A stretch of DNA of 64,000 nt, taken from Bacteroidota bacterium (lineage in GTDB: Bacteria > Bacteroidota > Bacteroidia > Palsa-948). This document shows, in pieces, positions 1-9,300 of this stretch. Each line of letters starts with the position of its first letter. Within the stretch, counting starts at the first letter, position 1. Location of the stretch: positions 141 through 64,140 of the forward strand of contig JACRAL010000098.1 of NCBI GenBank assembly GCA_016213435.1. Reading direction: 5' to 3'. The notes below the pieces were generated by a model. It was not told the DNA's origin. It did not search any database and saw nothing but the letters and a program-made list of their open reading frames with translations. Position numbers and translations under genes: made by a program.

Positions 1-281
1 TCTCTCCACAGGTGGAGACAATGATATTTGATAAGAGTGTAGTAAGATGGGTGGTAAAGAAACAGGTGAAATTAATTCAAAACACTCCATGAGGTTGGTA
101 GAAAGGTTGATAAAAACAACCCAAAAATGACCTGATTATCAAGGAAATAACTAATAGGGGTTGGTAGAAGGGTTGGTAGTAAAGTTTACTCTGACCACCT
201 TATAACTTTCGTCCTTAGTGGCGGTCGCACAAATCAAAAACACGTGCTCCAATAATTTTCTGCTCTATTTCACAGTAATTT

Positions 282-307
282 AATAGTTCGTATATTTGCG
301 AACTATT
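282..307. promoter_or_regulatory. 26-bp inverted repeat AATAGTTCG-N8-CGAACTATT overlapping a TAtaTTTG -7 box; candidate ArsR-family operator and promoter
   Basis: Arms 282-290 and 299-307 are exact reverse complements. The spacer tatatttg matches the Bacteroidetes -7 consensus TAnnTTTG. It lies 15 nt upstream of the ATG at 322. Confidence 0.45.
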
Positions 308-321
308 AAACTTACAGATTT

Positions 322-642
322 ATGACAGACAAAAATATTTACACACTTCACGCCAACATTTGCAAGGCACTAGGACATCCGACACGCATAGAAATCATTG
401 ACACTTTGCAAAACAAAGAAATGAACTTTGGTAAACTGCTTGAAAAAATTGGCGGAGCAAAATCAAACCTTTCACAGCACCTTTCCTCAATGACAAATAA
501 AGGAATTTTAATTCAGCGAAAAGAAGGATTGAATAATTATTATAAACTCTCCTCAAAAAAAGTATCCACCGCCTGCCGAATTATGCGGGAAGTATTGATT
601 GACAACTTAAAAAAACAACACGAAATCCTTAAACACATTTAA
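322..642 (+). CDS. ArsR/SmtB-family metalloregulatory HTH transcriptional repressor
   Basis: 106 aa. Winged-HTH region LGHPTRIEIIDTL...NFGKLLEKIGGAKSNLSQHLSSMTNKGIL is typical of ArsR/SmtB. Upstream palindromic operator. Confidence 0.7.
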   Translation: MTDKNIYTLHANICKALGHPTRIEIIDTLQNKEMNFGKLLEKIGGAKSNLSQHLSSMTNKGILIQRKEGLNNYYKLSSKKVSTACRIMREVLIDNLKKQHEILKHI

Positions 643-653
643 AAAACGACACA

Positions 654-1181
654 ATGGAACAACTCATTCACTCCTTATTATTAGCACTGCACAACATCGC
701 ATTAGTCGGATGTGCAGCAGCGCCATTTTACAACCGAAATCTTGTTATTAGCAGAAGCCAGTATGGTGCAAAACTTCTTTACGAATTAGATAAAGTAGTG
801 GAGGACACCTTACAGGGGAACGCACCTTACTGTATTTTTTTCATCGCCACATTATTCATCACAGGTTTCGGAATGCCGTTGAATCATTATTTCTTTCACG
901 GAGCATTTAAAGAAATATCCACCGTTGCCATGATAGCAGGAATCATAAAACTCCTTTTCATTTTCGGTATGGTTGTTATTATGACAATCATATTTCTGAA
1001 AATCAATCCCGAACTTAAAAAGATATTCAGCGGATTTACCAAAAATGTATTACCCGATGCAACTATTGAAGCTAAATTTTTCAAACTACGCAAGCGAAGA
1101 AAATATCTCTGTGAAATATGCCTTGTATTTGTAATTATTATTTTGGTGTCAAGTGCGTTTTTAGGTTTTAATATGAATTAA
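654..1181 (+). CDS. hypothetical polytopic membrane protein
   Basis: 175 aa with several hydrophobic segments, immediately downstream of arsR-like gene. Confidence 0.4.
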   Translation: MEQLIHSLLLALHNIALVGCAAAPFYNRNLVISRSQYGAKLLYELDKVVEDTLQGNAPYCIFFIATLFITGFGMPLNHYFFHGAFKEISTVAMIAGIIKLLFIFGMVVIMTIIFLKINPELKKIFSGFTKNVLPDATIEAKFFKLRKRRKYLCEICLVFVIIILVSSAFLGFNMN

Positions 1182-1196
1182 AAAGCAATTCAAAAA

Positions 1197-1646
1197 ATGA
1201 AAAATAAAAAAATCTCATTCGTCATTCTGTTTGCAATAACCATCATTGCTTTTGCATTTACCAAATTCCCTTTTCAAAATGGGAATGACCCTTGGGCAGA
1301 AAAGCAGTTGATGACCCCTGCCGACCTTGCAAAAATCCTGAACGATTCAAAAAGCAAACAGCCAATCATATTGAGCATAGGTTTTGGCGGTGGAATAAAA
1401 GGTTCTATTGAAATGGGAGCAGCCAAAGAAAAGGAAGGAATTAAAAATCTGAAAAAAGAATTAACAAAACTTCCTAAAGACGCAGACATTGTTATTTATT
1501 GCGGTTGCTGTCCGTTTGAACACTGCCCTAACATTCGACCTGCTTTTCAATTACTCAATGAAATGAAATTTACAAATCACAAACTTTTGAATCTTTCTCA
1601 TAATTTAAAAACTGATTGGATTGATAAAGGTTATCCCGATAAGTAA
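1197..1646 (+). CDS. hypothetical secreted protein, possible rhodanese-like domain (IVIYCGCCPFEHC)
   Basis: N-terminal signal/TM segment. Cys-rich IVIYCG motif resembles a rhodanese active-site loop. Weak. Confidence 0.3.
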   Translation: MKNKKISFVILFAITIIAFAFTKFPFQNGNDPWAEKQLMTPADLAKILNDSKSKQPIILSIGFGGGIKGSIEMGAAKEKEGIKNLKKELTKLPKDADIVIYCGCCPFEHCPNIRPAFQLLNEMKFTNHKLLNLSHNLKTDWIDKGYPDK

Positions 1647-2354
1647 ATGATTGCCGAAATAAATATATCAACATTTGACCAATACACATTGGAATATGAT
1701 AATTGGTTTGAACAACACGCAAGCCAATATCAATCTGAAATTCTTGCATTGAAAAAAGCTATTCCGAAAAATAAAATTGGAATTGAAATAGGAGTTGGCA
1801 CGGGTAGATTTGCACAACCATTAAACATAAAATTCGGAGTAGAATCATCTCAAAATATGCTCCAATTTTCAGAACAAAGGGGAATAAATGTTTTAAAAGC
1901 TGTTGCCGAAAAATTGCCGATAGAAAATGAAACCTATGATTTTGCTTTGATGGTAACAACCGTTTGTTTTCTCAATAACATTCCAAAAGCATTTTCAGAA
2001 GTTCACCGTATTTTAAAATCAAAAGGAGAAATCATTATCGGATTAATTGATAAGTACAGCGAATTGGGAAATAAATACGAGCAAGAAAAATCTACTAACA
2101 AATTTTACAAAGGCGCACACTTTCATTCCACCGAAGAAATAACATTGCTTCTTAAAAAAGCGGGTTTCAAAAATTTTCAATACTGGCAAACATTAACAAA
2201 TACCCAAAGTGAAAAAAATATCCCTTGCGCTTGCTGTACTCCATCATACTTCCCAATGTTGCCAATAGAAAATAAGGAACGACCTAAGTCGGGCTTTGGA
2301 GAAGGCAGTTTTGTGGTGATAAAAGCACAAAAGAAAAACCTTAAAAATAAATGA
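1647..2354 (+). CDS. class I SAM-dependent methyltransferase (Methyltransf_11-like)
   Basis: Motif I IEIGVGTGRF, acidic motif II, C-terminal CACC cysteine pair. Location next to ArsR could suggest a metalloid methyltransferase, but this is not proven. Confidence 0.55.
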   Translation: MIAEINISTFDQYTLEYDNWFEQHASQYQSEILALKKAIPKNKIGIEIGVGTGRFAQPLNIKFGVESSQNMLQFSEQRGINVLKAVAEKLPIENETYDFALMVTTVCFLNNIPKAFSEVHRILKSKGEIIIGLIDKYSELGNKYEQEKSTNKFYKGAHFHSTEEITLLLKKAGFKNFQYWQTLTNTQSEKNIPCACCTPSYFPMLPIENKERPKSGFGEGSFVVIKAQKKNLKNK

Positions 2355-2355
2355 T

Positions 2356-2709
2356 ATGAAAATCCTAATCTTAATCAATGAACCGCCCTACGGAAATGAA
2401 AAAGCATACAACGCTTTGCGTATAGCTAACCAATTAGGCAAAGATCATGAAACAGTTGAAGTCAGAATTTTTCTAATGGCAGACGCAGCTAATTGTGCAA
2501 TAGCAAATCAAACAACGCCAAACGGATATTACAACATTGAGCGAATGTTAAAACTTGCCATCACAAAAAAAGCCAAAGTAAAAATCTGCGGAAGTTGTGC
2601 AGATGCAAGGGGACTAAAAAATATTCCCTTAATTGAAGGAGCAGAAATCAGCACAATGGCAGAACTCACCAGCTGGGTAGTGGACAGCGACAAAATTCTA
2701 ATATTTTAA
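2356..2709 (+). CDS. DsrE/DsrF-like family protein
   Basis: 117 aa. N-terminus MKILILINEPPYGNEKAYNALR and overall size fit the DsrE/DsrF-like sulfur-relay fold. Confidence 0.5.
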   Translation: MKILILINEPPYGNEKAYNALRIANQLGKDHETVEVRIFLMADAANCAIANQTTPNGYYNIERMLKLAITKKAKVKICGSCADARGLKNIPLIEGAEISTMAELTSWVVDSDKILIF

Positions 2710-2721
2710 AACCTTAAATAA

Positions 2722-3162
2722 ATGAAAACAAAATTCTTTTTACTCATAATGCTATCCATGCTGTTTTTCTTTTCTAAAGACACTTCCGCACAATGCGGAA
2801 TGATGAATATGAATCACGGAATACAGACAACTGCAACGACCAAACAAGACACTGCACTTTCTAAGGACACCGGAAAGGTGGTTTATACCTGTCCTATGCA
2901 CCCGGAAGTAACATCTGATAAACCCGGCACTTATCCGAAATGCGGAATGAATCTCGTAAAGAAAGGTGGCAATACAAGTATGATGAAATGCCCGATGATG
3001 AACGGAATGGATAAAGAGCAAATGAACAATACACAGCAAAAAGACAGCACTAAAGATTCTTCTGCAAAAATTATTTACACCTGCACTATGCACCCCGATG
3101 TTCAATCCGGTAAACCGGGCAAATGTCCCAAATGCGGGATGATATTGGAAGAGAAAAAATAA
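2722..3162 (+). CDS. secreted Met-rich metal-binding protein with two TCPMHP-type heavy-metal-binding domains
   Basis: Signal peptide. Two copies of YTCPMHPEV...KCGM (heavy-metal-binding domain as found at the N-termini of CusB-like proteins). MMNMNHG and MMKCPMMNGM Met-rich tracts are typical of Cu(I) binding. Confidence 0.6.
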   Translation: MKTKFFLLIMLSMLFFFSKDTSAQCGMMNMNHGIQTTATTKQDTALSKDTGKVVYTCPMHPEVTSDKPGTYPKCGMNLVKKGGNTSMMKCPMMNGMDKEQMNNTQQKDSTKDSSAKIIYTCTMHPDVQSGKPGKCPKCGMILEEKK

Positions 3163-3179
3163 AACTAACCGATAGTAAC

Positions 3180-3265
3180 AACTTTAAACACTTTCATCTC
3201 CCCGCCCGATTAAACCTTTCATAGCTTTTAGCAATGCTTTTCAAAACGTGAATTGCTCGATTTAT
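3180..3265. repeat. degenerate copy (about 85-88% over ~60 bp, weaker to ~85 bp) of the 3' end, stop codon included, of the 522-aa ATPase gene
   Basis: aactttaaacactttcatctccccgcccgattaaacctttcatagcttttagcaatgc matches 3741-3800 aactttaaaacactttcatctcccctccctgattaaacctgccatagcttttagcaatgc. Confidence 0.6.
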
Positions 3266-3340
3266 TGACCAGTTACTGATAAAATCCTACCAGTTGCTAA
3301 ATTTCTAAAGTAATGATTGGAAATGAGATAATTTCGTCCG

Positions 3341-3727
3341 ATGGAAAAAATTGTTACCCGAACGGCTGAAATTTTCAAGGACGATGATGGCATTATACAC
3401 ATATGTATTCTTAATGGAGTATGTATTGACATGGAAGATGCTATTGATAATTTTTTGGTTGTTAGAAATCTTAGTCAGGAAGAAAAGTCAATAAAAAAAT
3501 TAATTGATGGTCGGGCGGATTGGTCAATAGATATAGCTGCAAAAAGGTTTATCGCAGGAAAAGATGTTCAAGGAAAAACCATAGCAAGGGCAGTTGTATT
3601 AAAATCACTGTTTAAAAGAGCTTTATGTAATTATTTTATTCGCCTTCACAAGATAAAATCTCCCACTAAGATTTTTACTGATTACGATGCTGCAATAAAA
3701 TGGCTAAAAGAATATAAACGTCAATAG
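3341..3727 (+). CDS. hypothetical protein (single-gene cassette between the two repeat copies)
   Basis: 128-aa ORF, no recognisable motif. Flanked by the 3180-3265 and 3741-3826 repeats. Confidence 0.4.
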   Translation: MEKIVTRTAEIFKDDDGIIHICILNGVCIDMEDAIDNFLVVRNLSQEEKSIKKLIDGRADWSIDIAAKRFIAGKDVQGKTIARAVVLKSLFKRALCNYFIRLHKIKSPTKIFTDYDAAIKWLKEYKRQ

Positions 3728-3740
3728 GAACTCAAAAGAA

Positions 3741-3826
3741 AACTTTAAAACACTTTCATCTCCCCTCCCTGATTAAACCTGCCATAGCTTTTAGCAATGC
3801 CATCCTGAACATGAATAACCACATCC
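3741..3826. repeat. authentic 3' end of the 522-aa ATPase gene; partner of repeat 3180-3265
   Basis: See 3180-3265. Confidence 0.6.
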
Positions 3827-5313
3827 ACCTCATGTTCTAAATCCCTGGATCCCTTATAACTTCCATCCTTAGTGGATTGAGCAATAACAATAATGCCGGT
3901 ACGAGGGTATTTTTCATGCAGCAAGTGAATATCATCCGCACTCATCCCGGCTTTGGTAATGGAATCAATGAAAACAAAATCATAGCCGGATAAATCCTCC
4001 TGAAGTGAATCGGTAAATGACAAATTCGGATGCGTTGCGCCCAGCCGGTTAATTTTTTCCTGCAAGGTGGCTCCAAAACCTTCCTCAATGGCTTCATAAA
4101 GGACTTTCCCGTGATGCTCGGCAAGATGTTTTGCAAATTCTATTGCCAGCGTGCTTTTTCCGCCTTTAGGATTGCCATATATCAGGATGCGGAAACCCAC
4201 CGCAGGATCACCGATAAGTTCTCTCCATTTTCCGTGCAGTGTCATGGTATCAAAATGAGCGTTGGCAAGTTCTTCTGAACCAAGTACCACTGTGCCGTTC
4301 AAACTGCCTCTGTGTTTAGAGCATCGTCCCGGCTTTCTGTGCGAATCGGAATACGTCCTATCAGTGCAACGGTCTAACTTTTTCCCTTTGGTATGGTAGA
4401 TAGCTCCGCAGGCAGCAAGCAATCCGTTGAGTTCTGCCTTTTCAATTTTCAATGCACCGGGTCTTGAGGTATGCAGGTAAGAAAATAGCCCTTTCTGTAC
4501 GAGCTGCAACTTGTCAAAATATTTATCATTCTCCGTTATTTTTTCTTTTTCAATAGAGGTTGTGATTTGGTCGTATAACTTTTTTACTTTTTCTTTTGTG
4601 GCTTTTCTGCCATCCATACCAACATAGCGTTTGATGTAGGCAATGGAAAGCATTGGCACTTCGCTTCCGGCAATTTCATGGAAGCGTTGCAGGGTGGACT
4701 GCTGAACGTCAAACTTTGCCTCATATTTTTTTTGCTGGATCATAGCGTTGTATGCCTTCACCAAGTTTTCCTGTATGCTCTCTATCTCCTGTGCGTAGGG
4801 AGAATCTTTTCGGATACGCCTTTCCAATATTGCTTTTTGCAGGGCATCAATGAAGCTCATAATCTGCTTATCGGTCTTCACTTTTCCGTCAAGGGCTGCA
4901 TAGCGTTTGATGAATTTAATTTCATCTTCTAACCGCTCCACAGGTTTTCCTGCCGGTGCAGTATCTTCCTCTGTGTGGGCAGGAATTTTACGAGATGCTT
5001 TAGCAGCTTGCTTTTCTCTTTTCACCGATTCTTTGGCTTCCCTTTTCGACTGAATGATTTCTTCCCTGCGCTGGGGACTTACCATTGGCTTTAAAGGTGT
5101 TTCTTTCTTGGGCTGTGTTTCAGCATACTCGTTGAGCTTTTGTAAATACAAATCAATCACTCGTTTTATCGTAGCGTTTGTATTGTATGTTTCCCAACTG
5201 CTACCATCCTGTGTAACCTTGCTGACAAGCTCATGGCTTTTCTTTAACGCTTCGGGTAAATTTTGTACACCGATGGTGTCAATGTTGCTGTAATAGTTCT
5301 GTGTGGTTATCAT
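3745..5313 (-). CDS. RecA-superfamily ATPase (RepA/DnaB-C-terminal-like, AAA_25-type) with Lys/Glu-rich N-terminal domain
   Basis: Walker A GNPKGGKSTLAIEF, Walker B DFVFIDSI, and RecA-fold layout in the C-terminal ~200 aa. Confidence 0.55.
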   Translation of the reverse strand: MITTQNYYSNIDTIGVQNLPEALKKSHELVSKVTQDGSSWETYNTNATIKRVIDLYLQKLNEYAETQPKKETPLKPMVSPQRREEIIQSKREAKESVKREKQAAKASRKIPAHTEEDTAPAGKPVERLEDEIKFIKRYAALDGKVKTDKQIMSFIDALQKAILERRIRKDSPYAQEIESIQENLVKAYNAMIQQKKYEAKFDVQQSTLQRFHEIAGSEVPMLSIAYIKRYVGMDGRKATKEKVKKLYDQITTSIEKEKITENDKYFDKLQLVQKGLFSYLHTSRPGALKIEKAELNGLLAACGAIYHTKGKKLDRCTDRTYSDSHRKPGRCSKHRGSLNGTVVLGSEELANAHFDTMTLHGKWRELIGDPAVGFRILIYGNPKGGKSTLAIEFAKHLAEHHGKVLYEAIEEGFGATLQEKINRLGATHPNLSFTDSLQEDLSGYDFVFIDSITKAGMSADDIHLLHEKYPRTGIIVIAQSTKDGSYKGSRDLEHEVDVVIHVQDGIAKSYGRFNQGGEMKVF

Positions 5314-5323
5314 TTTTTAAAGT

Positions 5324-6352
5324 TTAAAGGGTTAATAATTTCAGTTCTGTTTCAATAGCAAGAGCTTCTAATCGAAGTTCACTTTTGCTCATGGTTCCGC
5401 TTAATGAATGAGCAATTCGTTTGTTGGCAATTTTTATGTAAGCAGGTTTAAGTTCCAAACCGATAAAATTTCTGCCCAGCTTTTTAGCGACTACCGCAGT
5501 AGTGCCACTGCCCATGAACGGGTCCAACACGATTCCGTTTTTCGGGCAACCTGCTTTAATCGGTATGGTTATCAGTTCCTCCGGGAATACTGCAAAGTGA
5601 GCATCCTTAAATGGCTTGGTATTGATTTCCCAAACGGTGCGTTTGTTTCTGCCTTCAGCATTTCCGGCCACAAATGCGCTCTGCCTCGCACGAATCTTGT
5701 GTTCTCTTTTGTTGGCATTGCTTTTCCATTTACCATCGTATTCTTTTCGTCCTTTTCTCATCCGCTCCATATCATATTCGTTGCTCAAAAAATTCTCGTA
5801 TTGCTGCTCAAAGTGATACTGTTTTGACTTGGTGAAAAAAAATAAATATTCAAAGTCATTAGTAAATCTATCCCTCACACTTTCAGGCATGGCATTGGGC
5901 TTTTGCCATATAATCGTATTGCGTAATATCCAGCCCCGGTCTATCATGGCGAGAACAAAACGATATGGAATACCTATCAGGGACTTAGGGAATATCTTTG
6001 ATGCTAAAGGTTTTCCACTACTGGTAGGATAATATTTTTGTTTTACCACATTCTGAAAACCTGAACTGTTTTCGCTTTGTCCGTAACCGCAGTTGCTTCC
6101 ACCGTATGTATCACCCAAATTCACCCACACCGTTCCGGTAGTTTTCAGCACTCGTTTTACTTCATCAAAAATCAGCATGAGCTTATAGATGTACTGCTCA
6201 AATGTTTTTTCCAAACCGATTTGCCCTTTCACTCCATAATCACGCAAGCCCCAGTAAGGGGGAGAGGTTACAACACAATCTATGCTTTCGGCTTTCATGT
6301 TCTGCAATCCTTTTAAAGCATCCGTGTTATATATTTTGTTTACCTGTGTCAT
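5324..6352 (-). CDS. DNA methyltransferase, beta-class amino-MTase (N6-adenine or N4-cytosine), motif IV SPPY before motif I
   Basis: Motif IV VVTSPPYWGLRDYG near the N-terminus and motif I LDPFMGSGTTAVVA near the C-terminus. Its start codon overlaps the stop of the upstream 1715-aa gene (TAATG). Confidence 0.8.
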   Translation of the reverse strand: MTQVNKIYNTDALKGLQNMKAESIDCVVTSPPYWGLRDYGVKGQIGLEKTFEQYIYKLMLIFDEVKRVLKTTGTVWVNLGDTYGGSNCGYGQSENSSGFQNVVKQKYYPTSSGKPLASKIFPKSLIGIPYRFVLAMIDRGWILRNTIIWQKPNAMPESVRDRFTNDFEYLFFFTKSKQYHFEQQYENFLSNEYDMERMRKGRKEYDGKWKSNANKREHKIRARQSAFVAGNAEGRNKRTVWEINTKPFKDAHFAVFPEELITIPIKAGCPKNGIVLDPFMGSGTTAVVAKKLGRNFIGLELKPAYIKIANKRIAHSLSGTMSKSELRLEALAIETELKLLTL

Positions 6353-9300
6353 TATATTATTCCTTCGTCTGCAAATGAAAAATGTCCATCGGTTGTAATG
6401 ATTACATGATCTAAAACAGATATATCCATTACTTTCCCTGCCTCTTTTATTTGATGCGTAATTGCCTTGTCTTCTTCACTTGGTTTCAGGTTCCCGGAAG
6501 GGTGATTATGACAGAGGATAATAGAGCTTGCAAGCACATTGAGAGCTGCCGACATTATTAATCGCTTGTCCATAATGGTTGCATCAATGCCTCCCTCTGC
6601 TATCTTAAAATATCCCATCACATTGTTAGCTCTGTTGAGCAGCAGCATGAGCGCATGTTCCTTAACAGTTACTTGAGAACCGATTAACTGCCTGAAAATT
6701 TCAGCAGCATCTTTGGAATTAGTAATTTTTGTTTTATCACCTTTCTTTTTAGCATAGAGCATACGCACCTTTGGAGGGCGCCTTAAATTTTCAGGAACTC
6801 CATAAATTTGGTCGGCTTTCATCGGATAGGGCGTAAGCTCCCCGAATCCCGCTACCTGTGCATACTCGTTTAGGTCGAGCAGTTCAAGTTCGATTTCCAA
6901 TGCAGCAGCTTCCAATTCAAATTCGCTGACATGGGCAGACGGAGATTGTTTTATTATTTTAATTTTTGGCAGTTTTCGTATATTCTTTTTCTGAACTTCA
7001 TTTTTTATGATGTCAAACTGTGGCTGGGTAAGGGTAACGCTTGCGCTTAACTTTTCCTGAATCAGATTAACAATCTTATCAATCGTGCGAACATCAAAGG
7101 TGGCTACCATTTTATCGGCAGTTTTTTCAAAGAGGTTATTGTCCACTAAATCCAAAATATCTTCATCGAGGTAAACCTCTCCGCCCTTTTGCCTTGAAGC
7201 CGGTACAATGATTTTAAAATTGTCGCTCTGACGGATGAATGAAATACCATTGTTTGCATATATGGAGTTTCCGATAGCAATGGACTTGATGACCTTCAGG
7301 GCTTTGCCAATGGGTACAATAATTTTCCCTTTCAGGTTTTCATCGGGCTGCCAGTTGTCCGGCATGAGAATCCCCTTTTGGGTTTCTCCGGAGTTTGTTG
7401 TATAGCTTACGAGCTTGCCTTTAAAATCAGCAAACGCCTGTAAAAGATTTCCTGTGATGATGTGCCTGATTTTCCGGTCGGTAATATTTTCTTTGGTGAT
7501 AACATCCCATTGGCTTAGTAAATCTTCCCTATCAGGTTGTTCTATCGTAGTGCTGGCTCCTATGATAGCAGTGATGTCATTGGAATAGCTTGCAGGGATA
7601 GCTATGTATTTGTTGCTGCTTGCCAGTGCAAGGCGCAGCTTCATGGCGCTGGGAGCATAAGGGTTTTTCTTTTTCTTGTCAATCACAAACCCTAAGAAAA
7701 CAGACATGATTAATTCTTGTCCCCCTTCATAACTCTGTATCGGATAATTTACACGCCTTCCGCAGTAGAAAAATTTTAATACCCGAATGATATACTCTTT
7801 GCGGTTAGAAAATGTTTTTTCACTTTGGATATTTTGAGCTTCCTGTGCTGCCTTCAATTCTTTTTCACGTTCCCTTATTGTAAATTCATAAGTGGGAGAA
7901 CCTTGCAACTTTTGAATTTTCTTTTCGTTGGGAATGTTTTTTATCAGCTCTGCATATTTTTTATTGTTCTCCTGTATTTCCTGCTTCAGCTTACCGGCAA
8001 CAAATAGTTCGTATTCGGAGATAATTTCTGTTTGCTGTGTCAAATGGTCTTTGTTTTCCAATCCCTCCACAATCAGGTTTTCAAGCTCTGGTTTGGTAAA
8101 AGGTTTTTTCAGCACGTTTGCCCTGACTGTTTCCAATACGCTGTCATCCCCGAACTCGCTTTCTCCGCCCTTGCCCACTTTAATTATGTTCTGACTGATA
8201 GTTTCAGCTTCGAGGTTCATAGCTTCCACCTCCAGGTCATACTCACCGATTTGTTTCAGGTACTCTGTATAATCGGTATATCGCTCTGCTATTTCATTAT
8301 AGAAGTCCTGTTGCATCTTTGTTGAAAGAACTGCCACACGCCCGGAAACTTTGTGAGCTGCATCTTCGGTAGTATCTCCGTCCTCATTGCTTGTATCGGT
8401 TAATTTTAAAGGGTCATTCAGGATTAAATTGATTTCAGGATTTTCTTTCAGGTATTCCACGACCATTTTATCTCCGTACTTATTCAAAAAATCCGGCACG
8501 TCCAATATTTTGGTGCTTTGCTTTTGGTTAGAAGTAGTGTTAGCATCCAATGATTTCAGTTTCTTTTGTAACATCATCATTAATCGCTTCTCCGCAGGGA
8601 TAGCAGAGTTTACATAGTCATAAATTGGTTTCAGAATTTGTCCTGTGCGGTTAATCCTGCCACGTTTCTGTACTTCGGTATTGATATTCAGCTCTGCTTG
8701 CAATACAATCATTACTCTTTGCTTTACTTCACTTGCAGGAACTTTACTTGTAACAATAGCATGTGCCGATGCGCCTGTACTGCCCGATTGGTTTATCATC
8801 AGCACATCCACCTCGTTGTTGTTGAACTCACGAAACGCATCATTGGTATTGATTCTTTTCCGGGAGACGACCAATCCCTGACTATTTTTAGGATTAATCT
8901 GCACCTCAAATTTTCTTCCTGTTACTTCATTGACGGTATAACCTGCCTTCTGTATTTTATGAATGATAACATCAATCGGTGAAATAGTTATGCCACTGGA
9001 AACTGTTTTTATTTTTTCGCTTATCCGAAAGAATTCTGCCTGTGCTTCAGGAGCTAATTCAGACACTTCAAACTTTTTGTAAACCTTGCTTCCGTCCGGT
9101 GCCGTTTCAGTATATCGTAATATTCCATCTAATCCTTTCTGTAATACTTCGGTAAAATCTGTATTGATAACTGAACCGTTCTGCACAGGCAATCCGTTTG
9201 TATCTTCCATGTCCTCAATAAAACTTCCCATAGTGCTGGCAAAGGCAATGATTGGCTTTTTCCCTTCTTTCAATCTGCCAATAGCTCTCTGGGCAACCGC

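Noticed and set aside
896-2000. Antisense and nested ORFs from the six-frame track (e.g. 896-1093, 1274-1489, 1759-1959, 4030-4278, 7825-10745 plus-strand ORFs inside the giant gene)
   Set aside because: They lie wholly inside longer ORFs with recognisable domains on the opposite strand. Typical AT-rich-genome artefacts.
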